Positions 47,927 through 56,531 of a DNA stretch of 64,000 nt are shown in pieces (within the stretch, counting starts at the first letter, position 1; every line of letters starts with the position of its first letter). Under the pieces are notes generated by a model, which saw only the letters and a program-made list of their open reading frames with translations, did no database searches and had not been told where the DNA came from. The DNA is from Candidatus Micrarchaeota archaeon (GTDB lineage Archaea > Micrarchaeota > Micrarchaeia > Anstonellales > Bilamarchaeaceae). Location of the stretch: assembly GCA_038046765.1 (NCBI GenBank), contig JBBSVN010000002.1, forward strand, positions 1-64,000, read 5' to 3'. The translations under genes were made by a program, and so were the position numbers.

Positions 47927-49720
47927 TTAGTTATCTTTGTGCTTTATTTTTTCTTTTTTGGGTTGATTTAGGTCATAATAATCTAAGCTACCAATTACGT
48001 TTGTTCTTAGCAGGTTGATTGGATTAGTTTCTAGCATAAAGAATCCGCTTGATGCTGCTCTGATGCAATTCCATAAGAAGAATATCGATGCTAAACCAAA
48101 GATAATTGATATATTGTAAAATATCTTTGGTAGTCCGATTGTATTTACTAAAATATGGAAATTTGAAAATAACGAAAACGATAACCACGTCAAAAATAAG
48201 TTTCCAAGTATTGCCCCTTGTTTTGCTTCAGGAGTTGTTCTTGCAAATGCTTCATAAACCGTAGATAATACTCTTTTTAGCGATACAATTATTCTTGCCA
48301 TCGGTACAATACAAGTTACTAGAAGCATGAATAAAACTAGTTTATTGACTTCGATATCAAATGGTAATATGCTTACTGCATAACCTGAAAAGTAAGCGCT
48401 AAAGAACCAGCCAATTATAACTAGGGCGGATACGTGTTGAATATGCGATTTTACTTGTTCAAATTCACTAAAACATACTTTGTGGAAAACACCATCTGGT
48501 TCAAAAGTAGAAATTACATTTTTTAAATAACAAGATGCATCTGTTATTGTTCTTTTGAAATCTGCTGAAATACTTTTTCTTACAAATGAATGTATTTTTT
48601 CATATCTGTCCATTAAAAATGAACAAAGTAATGCTGTTATAAGTACGCTTCCACCTGCGATGCTTACGATATTTGGCCCGAATATCGGTGCGCCTTCTTT
48701 TGCTATAAGTAGTGAAAATTCTCCTAATGGTAACATCGCAAGGCCAGAAAATACTGCTGACCTGGAATTGGATGTTATAAGAAAAACAATTAACGCAGTT
48801 ATTGTAAAAACTACAATCACAAAAACAATTATGAGTACCAAAAGTATTGGTAGAGAAGATAAAACTATTTTTGGGTCAACAAGCATTCCTACAGATAAAA
48901 AGAAGAATGATGAGAAAACCAAACTAAATGGTCTTATCGCCTTTTCCATTTCACGTCCTTTTGGGAGTGTTGAGACTAAACTGCCTGCTAAAAATGCTCC
49001 GATTGATGCGCTAAAACCTAAAAAAGTCGCAAAAAGACTCATTACAATACAAAGTATAAATGAAAAAAGTATTGTTGTATCATCTGCCTGATATTTAAGG
49101 AAATCTTCAGAAAATCTTTCTAGGATTTTTTTGAATATATAGTAACCAAGTATAAGCATTCCAAAAGAAAGGAAAACTGCCCATGTAAATGATTCGGTTG
49201 TATATGCTGCTCTTTTTAAATTCGATAAGAATGTTAAAACAAAAATTGCAATTATGTCTTCTATAATTAGCATTGTAACTAGTACTGGAACTTCCTTTCT
49301 TCTTGAATATCCTTTTTGCTCTAATATTTTCATTATGATTGCAGTACTTCCCATCGAAAACATGGAAGCAAAAAATATTGCGTAAAGATTTTCAAAACCA
49401 AGTATGACTATTGCTTGGTGCATTACCATAAATGTTATAAAAACTAGTATGAAACTTCCTAATATTGCACGTATTCCTAAACTTAAAAGTTTTGAAATAC
49501 TAAATTCAATTCCTATTGTAAAAAGTAAAAGTACTGCGCCTATTTCCGCAAGCGTTTCAATCGATGCGTCACTAACCAGGCCTAACGCAAAGGGACCTAT
49601 AATTACTCCTGCAGCAAGTAGTCCTGCTACTGGTGGTAGCTTTAACCTTACAGAAAGTATTCCTGCTATTGCTGAGAAAAGTAAAACTAAACCGAATGAT
49701 ACTACGTCGATTCCTTGCAT
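47927..49720 (-). CDS. CPA2 cation:proton antiporter (KefB-like)
   Basis: LLFTIGIE, IIEDI, GAFLAG, FFLSVGM, PLGEFS. Confidence 0.9.
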   Translation of the reverse strand: MQGIDVVSFGLVLLFSAIAGILSVRLKLPPVAGLLAAGVIIGPFALGLVSDASIETLAEIGAVLLLFTIGIEFSISKLLSLGIRAILGSFILVFITFMVMHQAIVILGFENLYAIFFASMFSMGSTAIIMKILEQKGYSRRKEVPVLVTMLIIEDIIAIFVLTFLSNLKRAAYTTESFTWAVFLSFGMLILGYYIFKKILERFSEDFLKYQADDTTILFSFILCIVMSLFATFLGFSASIGAFLAGSLVSTLPKGREMEKAIRPFSLVFSSFFFLSVGMLVDPKIVLSSLPILLVLIIVFVIVVFTITALIVFLITSNSRSAVFSGLAMLPLGEFSLLIAKEGAPIFGPNIVSIAGGSVLITALLCSFLMDRYEKIHSFVRKSISADFKRTITDASCYLKNVISTFEPDGVFHKVCFSEFEQVKSHIQHVSALVIIGWFFSAYFSGYAVSILPFDIEVNKLVLFMLLVTCIVPMARIIVSLKRVLSTVYEAFARTTPEAKQGAILGNLFLTWLSFSLFSNFHILVNTIGLPKIFYNISIIFGLASIFFLWNCIRAASSGFFMLETNPINLLRTNVIGSLDYYDLNQPKKEKIKHKDN

Positions 49721-49922
49721 GGGATTACACTACTTTTATTTAATTATTTTATTAAATTAATTTTTGTGGGATGTTCAAAATCAAATCTATTTTTTGGATT
49801 ATCTTCATTTTACCTAGTTTGGTTTTGAACAGATCGAGCCAATATATATTGGCTTGGGATAACTGAAACTGAACTTTATACAAAGCGAATATATTAAAAG
49901 GTTTTTATAAAATCAGTAGCAT

Positions 49923-50171
49923 TTATTCATAAACATTTTTTCTGTGCCCTATTTTTAAGATTATTATCTGCTGATTCTGTTCATTTATATCTAGAATTAC
50001 TCTATAATCCCCTGCTCGTAACTTATACGCATTTGAACCTGTTAGTCTTATACAATAGTGGTGCGGTTGTAGTTGTATCCGCTCTAATACTGCAACGATT
50101 CTGTCTTGAATTTCCTTTTCAAGATTCAAAAATGCTTTTTTTGCAGTATCACTTATAATGATGTCGTACAT
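49923..50171 (-). CDS. RelE/ParE family toxin
   Basis: LRAGDYRVI, IGHRKNVYE. Confidence 0.92.
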   Translation of the reverse strand: MYDIIISDTAKKAFLNLEKEIQDRIVAVLERIQLQPHHYCIRLTGSNAYKLRAGDYRVILDINEQNQQIIILKIGHRKNVYE

Positions 50172-50386
50172 TATTTCATCTCTTTCTTCAAATCTGCAAG
50201 TCCTACAAATTTTCCTTTTCTAACCTCATTTCGTGATGCTTCTACTTCTTTTATAAAATTAGGGTTGAGCGCAAGTCTGTCTTCTATCATATCTTCTATA
50301 ACTTGCTCATAAGTTTCGTTGTAAGATAACTTCATTAGTTCAAGTTTCTTTCTTAGTTCTTCGGAAACCTTAATTGTAGTATACAT
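50171..50386 (-). CDS. Cognate antitoxin (RHH-like)
   Basis: TTIKVSEELRKKL..ETYEQVI; overlaps the toxin start. Confidence 0.85.
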   Translation of the reverse strand: MYTTIKVSEELRKKLELMKLSYNETYEQVIEDMIEDRLALNPNFIKEVEASRNEVRKGKFVGLADLKKEMK

Positions 50387-50434
50387 AAATATACTATGGT
50401 ATACAAAGGTATAAAAACTTGTTGTTATTGTATA

Positions 50435-50635
50435 TTAATTCTCCTTTCCAAAAATCTCAAGAACTTTAATCTCCTTTTTGCTAAAGCCATCTTTTTTGAG
50501 TTGCTCAATTATTTGTTCGTGCGCGTGTTCTTCTTTTAATTGGTGTTCATAAACTTCTCTAAGCAGATGATTCTTGTCTATATTCCGCAGCCAGGAAAGA
50601 GTCTTCTAGCAATCAAGAGCATAAAATTCCGTAAT
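50435..50635 (-). pseudogene. Possible ferritin-like gene remnant
   Basis: EFYALDC*KTLSWLRNIDKNHLLREVYEHQLKEEHAHEQII...; TAG at 50606-50608; no start codon. Confidence 0.35.
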
Positions 50636-50649
50636 AAATAAGGCTAATA

Positions 50650-51612
50650 TTACGTTTTTTGATACCATACTTCTATTTTGTCAATAAGTTTTGATACAAA
50701 GTATAAACAAATAATTGCGAATGTTGAGAATAAGACTCCTATTTTCCAGTTTATACCTAGGGGAAATGTGTTTGTTTTTAAAGCTACATAAAATGTTAAA
50801 GGGATTACGAAAACTAAAAAGAGTAGAATCCAGAATCTTAAAGGTTTTCTGCCGCAATATTCAAGAAAATTAAAGATCTTTTGTACCTGGATATTGCTAT
50901 TAATTCTTGAATTTATTTCGCTAATTACATAAAGACTTATTAGTGAAGCTACTATCGAAAGTGTCATAAAAGAGGGTGATCCCTTCATTTTATCTGGAAA
51001 AATCATTAATAATAATGCTACGTTTAGTGTTGCATAAACTAGAAGTATATCTGTAAAACCCCTTCTTTTAATTATTCTTTTACCGACAACTACCCCGCCT
51101 AGCATTACTGGCAAATAAAATATTGCTCCTTGGTATCCACCTAAATAATACTGATCAAAGAAGGTTTGCATATACGGGAATAATAAGAAATAAGAAAATA
51201 GAATGAACACAGATAGCCCTAACACTAGTTTCTCATCTTGTTCGGTTAATAATAATGCTGGTAAAAATAAAATTGTGTTTAGCATCATCTCGTCCATATA
51301 CAAAACTCCTCCTGCTGAAAATGGCGTTATTATTACTGATATTAATGTAAGTTTCCCCAATTTTTCTATTATATCTAAAATCATTTCTTTTGTTCCTTTC
51401 TCTTTACGCTTTTTGACAAAAAAAGGAAGCGATAACCCACTTGCAAAAAGAAACATTGGTAGTACAAAATCTCCAAAGTGCAATATGCCTTTTACATTGT
51501 GGGATAGAAAATCGGGTGTAATGCTTAATCTAATTAACAGAGTAAAAAAAATCATCAATATTATTGCTAAACCACGAAAAATATCTATTGATTTAATTCT
51601 TTGAAAATTCAT
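50650..51612 (-). CDS. HGSNAT-like (DUF1624/DUF5009) membrane acyltransferase
   Basis: RIKSIDIFRGLAI, DFVLPMFLFASG, K...SPSF. Confidence 0.85.
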   Translation of the reverse strand: MNFQRIKSIDIFRGLAIILMIFFTLLIRLSITPDFLSHNVKGILHFGDFVLPMFLFASGLSLPFFVKKRKEKGTKEMILDIIEKLGKLTLISVIITPFSAGGVLYMDEMMLNTILFLPALLLTEQDEKLVLGLSVFILFSYFLLFPYMQTFFDQYYLGGYQGAIFYLPVMLGGVVVGKRIIKRRGFTDILLVYATLNVALLLMIFPDKMKGSPSFMTLSIVASLISLYVISEINSRINSNIQVQKIFNFLEYCGRKPLRFWILLFLVFVIPLTFYVALKTNTFPLGINWKIGVLFSTFAIICLYFVSKLIDKIEVWYQKT

Positions 51613-51692
51613 AGAAATCCTTCGTTTTTAATAACCTAGAAATTAAAAATTAGAAAGATAATAAAAATATAAAAAAGGAAAAATAAATATAA

Positions 51693-52073
51693 TTATGCGC
51701 AATTGTTCAAAGTTAGTCCATTTACATTCCCGCTATTACTTACAATAGATGCAAGTATTGTCGGTATTATTATGTAAATTAATACACCAATAATTGCACC
51801 AGTAAACATTGCTGTAGCCCACACTGTTGCTCTTGCTCTTGTTTCAGCACCAAGTAATTGACCTACTGCATATATTACTGCTGACATAACTACAAGTAAA
51901 ACAACTGCTATTCCCAACATTGTTTTTGCAGACTTACATAACTCAAATAATGCTATGTTTACCCCCGTTAGTCCGCCTGCATAAGTAATTGTTGCAAAAC
52001 CCATTAAAAATAATAGAATTGTGAAAAGTTTACTAAATTTATTTAACTTTACTAATATACCCGACACGTTCAT
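51693..52073 (-). CDS. TrbC/VirB2-like pilin
   Basis: Signal peptide, then two hydrophobic helices separated by GAETRARA; GAGGTGA SD; own terminator. Confidence 0.65.
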   Translation of the reverse strand: MNVSGILVKLNKFSKLFTILLFLMGFATITYAGGLTGVNIALFELCKSAKTMLGIAVVLLVVMSAVIYAVGQLLGAETRARATVWATAMFTGAIIGVLIYIIIPTILASIVSNSGNVNGLTLNNCA

Positions 52074-52257
52074 TACTTCACCTCAATATTCATTATCTTG
52101 AGCTAAATTTGTTATTCAGCTCAATCTATCCAGAATCAAAAATATAAAACTCTATCATAATATAAGTTTACTTAGTTGATTCTGTATATAAATTAAATTG
52201 TTCGCTATTCTATATAATAAGAAAACATTTATAAACAATATTCTATTGGTGTTTTAT

Positions 52258-53754
52258 TTGTCGGGTTTTAAAAATTTCATAGAAAAACTTTCTGATAGAA
52301 GAATTATTATCATATTAGTTCTTCTTGCAATTATTACTAGATTACCTATCATAAGTTACTTTCCATTTCTGGTTGATGAAGCTACTTATAGCATAATGAT
52401 AAGTGAACAACTAGAAAAACCATCTCTAATCCCTAATTTTTTGGGGTATCCCACTTTTTGGAAACCAATTCTCTTTTACTGGGTTTATGCATTTTTTGTT
52501 GGTTTCCTAAAAAATTTTCCAATACCTATTGAAGCAGTTTATCGATTACCCACTGAATTATTTGGTTTAGCAAATATTATTATTCTATATATGTTTCTAC
52601 GAAATAATAAATTTAATAAAACATTTGCATTTTTGATGTTGTTAATTTATACATTAATTTTCCTTAATGTTTATGTTTCCAACACTCTTTTTGTCGATAC
52701 GATGCTTAATACATTCATTCTAGGTTCCTTATATTTTTACACAAAAGAAAATCCAAACAATAAAGACTATTTTTTAGCATTTGCTCTTTCTTTTGGTGCA
52801 TACTATGTAAAATTAATTACTGCATTTATCATCCCAGTTCTAGTAATTGGGTACTATTATTTCAAGGATAAGAAAATACTTACAAAAAAAGTATTTATTT
52901 TGTCTCTTCTAGCAGTTCCACTTGCCATGGTTTTACAGTATTTTATCTACGCTCAATTACTTACAACTCCAGTACTAGGTGATAGCTATTCCAAAGAGCT
53001 TTTTGATCGTTTAAATCCAGAAACGATATTATCTAAAATAAATGAAACATGGCGTATTTTCCAGTATATAAATATGTTCTTAATATTCGCAGTTGCAGGA
53101 TTCCTTAAATATTCCAAAGAAAACAAATTTATGTCTATCTGGTTTGTTATCTTTTTTTTAACCATATTAACTAATGTTGGCTATTTTTGGTATTATGTTA
53201 CCGTGTTACCACCTATAGCTTATTTTGCATTAATGTTCCTTTGCGAAGGAAAAAAAGAAAATTATGATCGTTTCTTTCAGCTAATGCTTATCGTTGCAAT
53301 TATTTTTAACCTAGTCGTTGGCTTTTTTGCTTCCAATGGTATTTACGAATACTACAATCCAGCACGTGTAGCTGGTCAAATGATTGTTGGAAAAAACAAT
53401 GTCGAAATCATTGGTTTACCCGCACTAACTACTGTTGCTTATAAGGTAATTGAAGAAAAAAGAATAGGGAATGCAACTGATTTTGGGTGGATTCTTTTTA
53501 CTGATTTAAATGTATCTTCTGATCAGGTAAATAATTTCATTAATAATTACGATTATAGCTCAAATAGTTTAAATATTTCCGATGGTTCCTTTTCAAGAAT
53601 GTACTGGGACTATAAAATATTTAGAAAAACAACATCTGTTAAGAAATTTGACTATTTAGTTTTACCTGGTTTTTCAGAGTACTACGAAAATATATCTATA
53701 AATGGTACAATTTTATACCAATATAAATATGCAACTGTTATAAAGATCAATTAA
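52258..53754 (+). CDS. GT-C fold (PMT/ArnT-like) glycosyltransferase
   Basis: VDEATY, WKPILF..., many TM helices. Confidence 0.85.
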   Translation: MSGFKNFIEKLSDRRIIIILVLLAIITRLPIISYFPFLVDEATYSIMISEQLEKPSLIPNFLGYPTFWKPILFYWVYAFFVGFLKNFPIPIEAVYRLPTELFGLANIIILYMFLRNNKFNKTFAFLMLLIYTLIFLNVYVSNTLFVDTMLNTFILGSLYFYTKENPNNKDYFLAFALSFGAYYVKLITAFIIPVLVIGYYYFKDKKILTKKVFILSLLAVPLAMVLQYFIYAQLLTTPVLGDSYSKELFDRLNPETILSKINETWRIFQYINMFLIFAVAGFLKYSKENKFMSIWFVIFFLTILTNVGYFWYYVTVLPPIAYFALMFLCEGKKENYDRFFQLMLIVAIIFNLVVGFFASNGIYEYYNPARVAGQMIVGKNNVEIIGLPALTTVAYKVIEEKRIGNATDFGWILFTDLNVSSDQVNNFINNYDYSSNSLNISDGSFSRMYWDYKIFRKTTSVKKFDYLVLPGFSEYYENISINGTILYQYKYATVIKIN

Positions 53755-53762
53755 TTTTTATT

Positions 53763-55202
53763 GTGAATATTATGAACCTTCAAAACAAACAAATTCTTCT
53801 CTTCGTCTTCCTAGCAGGATTTTGCAGTATGCTTGTTGAAATAGCTGGAGCAAGGTTAATTTCATCTTATCTGGGGAATACAATCTATACCTGGGCGGCA
53901 ACGATTGCATTAGTTTTAACTGCTCTTAGTATTGGTTATTACTGGGGCGGAAGTTACGCTGATCGATCAAAAGATCAAAAGAACTTCGCCCAGCTTTTCT
54001 TCTTTGCTTGCATTGCAACTCTTCTAGTTCCAGCTTTAGGAAATATACTTATTCCTGTAACTGTTTTCTTACCTCTTATGATTGCGAGCATAATCGCCGC
54101 ATTAGTGTTGATTCCAGCGGGTGTTTGCTTTGGTGCAATTCCACCTTATGCAATAAAACTATTATCAGAAAAAGATAAAGAAGGCGAGATTGCAGGAGAG
54201 ATATTTGCAGTCTCAACAGTTGGAAGTATAACCGGGGCGCTTGGGACGGGGTTTATCTTAATTCCTAATTTGAATCTTACGCACGTTTTCATACTCGGCT
54301 CGCTTTTAATGCTTGGGGTGTTCGCCTTTTTTGGAAAAATTAAACGACCGCATATTTTCAATATATTTCTGGTTTCTGCAATGTTGTTATTTTCTCAATT
54401 TTCAGTTGGAGCCTTTTTCCCAAATGCTAAGATACTGTACGAAAAAGATGATTTGTATTACAATATAAAAGTCGTGCAGATGGATTATAAGGGTCAACCA
54501 ATAAAAGTTCTTTTTTTAGATAGTGCGGCATCTTCTGGCGAAACCCTGGATGGTAAACCTGCCTTTGAATATGTAAAATCAGGTGAAATAGCCTATCAGT
54601 TAGTTGATGCAAAATCTGCGCTTCTTTTAGGTGTAGCTGGGGGGACACAAGTCGAACAGATAAAAAGTTATTATCCTAAAGCATCTGTTGATGGAGTTGA
54701 CATTGATCCAAATCTTGCAGAAATCGCCCAAAGGTATTTCTCATTGAAACTTGATAATCGAACAAACATAAGTACTAATGATGCAAGAATATTTGTTCAA
54801 ACTACAAATAAAAAATATGATTTAATTATTATGGACACTTTTAGAGGGGTAAGTATGCCACCTCATTTGGTAACTAATGAATATTTCTCTAGCCTAAAAA
54901 AACGTATTAATCCAAATGGCGTTCTTTTACTTAATGTCATCTCAGCAATAGAAGGAGATAAATCAAACAGGATTAACTATATGTATAACACAATTTCAAA
55001 TAATTTTGAAAATGTCATTCTACTTCCACTAGATGAAAATCAAAACAAATCAAATTCACAGAATATACTTGTTATCGCAAGTGATGCTGACATTCGCTCT
55101 TTTAAGCAAAAATACAAAGACAGAATATACTCTGGTTCAATTCCAAAAACAGAACTTTTAACTGATGAGAAAAATCCTTCAGAACTGTTTGTCTGGAGAT
55201 AG
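53763..55202 (+). CDS. Fused membrane domain / spermidine synthase-like SAM-dependent protein
   Basis: EIAGARL...GNT...W, GSITG..GTGFILIP, VDIDP, DAR, YDLIIMDTF, PPHLVT. Confidence 0.9.
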   Translation: MNIMNLQNKQILLFVFLAGFCSMLVEIAGARLISSYLGNTIYTWAATIALVLTALSIGYYWGGSYADRSKDQKNFAQLFFFACIATLLVPALGNILIPVTVFLPLMIASIIAALVLIPAGVCFGAIPPYAIKLLSEKDKEGEIAGEIFAVSTVGSITGALGTGFILIPNLNLTHVFILGSLLMLGVFAFFGKIKRPHIFNIFLVSAMLLFSQFSVGAFFPNAKILYEKDDLYYNIKVVQMDYKGQPIKVLFLDSAASSGETLDGKPAFEYVKSGEIAYQLVDAKSALLLGVAGGTQVEQIKSYYPKASVDGVDIDPNLAEIAQRYFSLKLDNRTNISTNDARIFVQTTNKKYDLIIMDTFRGVSMPPHLVTNEYFSSLKKRINPNGVLLLNVISAIEGDKSNRINYMYNTISNNFENVILLPLDENQNKSNSQNILVIASDADIRSFKQKYKDRIYSGSIPKTELLTDEKNPSELFVWR

Positions 55203-55232
55203 GTTTAAAATAAGTTAAGGAATAAGTAATCT

Positions 55233-55454
55233 ATGACGAAAACAGAAAAACAATTTAATGTAATTATTGAAGAAGGAGAAGATGGGTATTTGCTATCTGA
55301 AGTGCTAGAGTTGCCTGGATGTCATACACAGGCTAAAACTTTAGATGAATTGATGCAAAGGACAAAAGAAGCCATAGAATTGTGTTTAGAAGCAAATGAA
55401 GAATTAGTAAAAGAACGATTTGTAGGATTGCAAAAAATAATGGTTTCTGTATGA
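55233..55454 (+). CDS. hicB: HicB family antitoxin
   Basis: ELPGCHTQAKTLDEL..EAIELCL. Confidence 0.9.
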   Translation: MTKTEKQFNVIIEEGEDGYLLSEVLELPGCHTQAKTLDELMQRTKEAIELCLEANEELVKERFVGLQKIMVSV

Positions 55455-55678
55455 GTAAATTACCTCTTTTGTCAGCTAGAGAAATAATTCGAATTCTTGA
55501 AAAATTAGGTTTTGAATTTATGCGTCAAAAAGGAAGTCACATGTTTTTTAGGTACGCAGATGGTAGAACTACAACTATCCCAAACCATCCTGGTGAAGAT
55601 ATAGATCGTGGGCTTCTTAATAAAATAATTCGAAAGGATCTTGGAATTTCAAGAGAAGAATTTATGGAATTATTATAA
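55451..55678 (+). CDS. hicA: HicA family toxin
   Basis: LGF..RQKGSH, TTIPNH..EDI.RGLL. Confidence 0.92.
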   Translation: MSKLPLLSAREIIRILEKLGFEFMRQKGSHMFFRYADGRTTTIPNHPGEDIDRGLLNKIIRKDLGISREEFMELL

Positions 55679-55699
55679 TTACCTATCTTTGTGTTTTAT

Positions 55700-56464
55700 A
55701 TGCTACTCAAACTTCACATAAACAAATCCGTTCACGATAATGCTTCACTATACTATCAAGAGGCAAAGGAAACTAAAAAAAGAATCGAAGGAGTACACGC
55801 TGCAATTGAAGAAACAAAAAAAGAGATGCTTAAAAGCGAAAAAGAGTTTATTGCTAAAAAGAAAATTATAAAAGTTAAAAAAGAAAAAAAATGGTTTGAA
55901 AAGTTTCATTACTTTTACACAGAATCTGGCAAACTTGCTGTTGGCGGAAGAAACGCACAACAAAACGATATTGTCTATAATAAATACTTTGAAGAAGCCG
56001 ATTTATTTTTTCATTCAGATATACAAGGTGGAACTGCAATTGTTCTTAAGGATGGGTTAAATGCTAGTGAGGATGAACAAAAGGAAGTAGCTCAATTTGC
56101 AGCAAGCTTTAGCAATGCATGGAAAAATGCCAATGCATCTGTAGATGTTTATTCTGTTAAAAAAGAACAAGTATCTAAGCATTCTCCTGGTGGTTTTATT
56201 CCAACTGGTGCCTTTGCTATAATTGGGGAAAGAAAGTGGTTTAAAAGTACTAAACTGGGGCTTAAAATCGGGTTAGATTCTGGTGTTCCCGTAATTCTTC
56301 CTGAAGTTTCTATTAAACAAATAACTAGTGCGATACTTCTAGTTCCATCCAAAGCAGGCAAGGAAAAGGGAGAACTAACAAAAACAATTGCTAAACGATT
56401 TGCTGTTCACGCGGATTCTGTAATGGAAATACTTCCAAATGGAAGGACTAAGATTGTGCAGTAA
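55700..56464 (+). CDS. NFACT RNA-binding domain protein (short Rqc2/NEMF-like)
   Basis: NASLYY..AK coiled coil, WFEKFHYF, GGRNAQQND, FFHSD, GAFAIIGER. Confidence 0.88.
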   Translation: MLLKLHINKSVHDNASLYYQEAKETKKRIEGVHAAIEETKKEMLKSEKEFIAKKKIIKVKKEKKWFEKFHYFYTESGKLAVGGRNAQQNDIVYNKYFEEADLFFHSDIQGGTAIVLKDGLNASEDEQKEVAQFAASFSNAWKNANASVDVYSVKKEQVSKHSPGGFIPTGAFAIIGERKWFKSTKLGLKIGLDSGVPVILPEVSIKQITSAILLVPSKAGKEKGELTKTIAKRFAVHADSVMEILPNGRTKIVQ

Positions 56465-56469
56465 TCATT

Positions 56470-56530
56470 CTGATTTTATATAGGAACTAAGTAGGAACAA
56501 AAAATCAGTTCCTATGTTGTTCCTATGTTG
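56470..56530. terminator. Repeat/inverted-repeat element between convergent genes
   Basis: TAGGAAC x2 facing GTTCCTA x2 (GTTCCTATGTT duplicated). Confidence 0.45.
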
Positions 56531-56531
56531 T

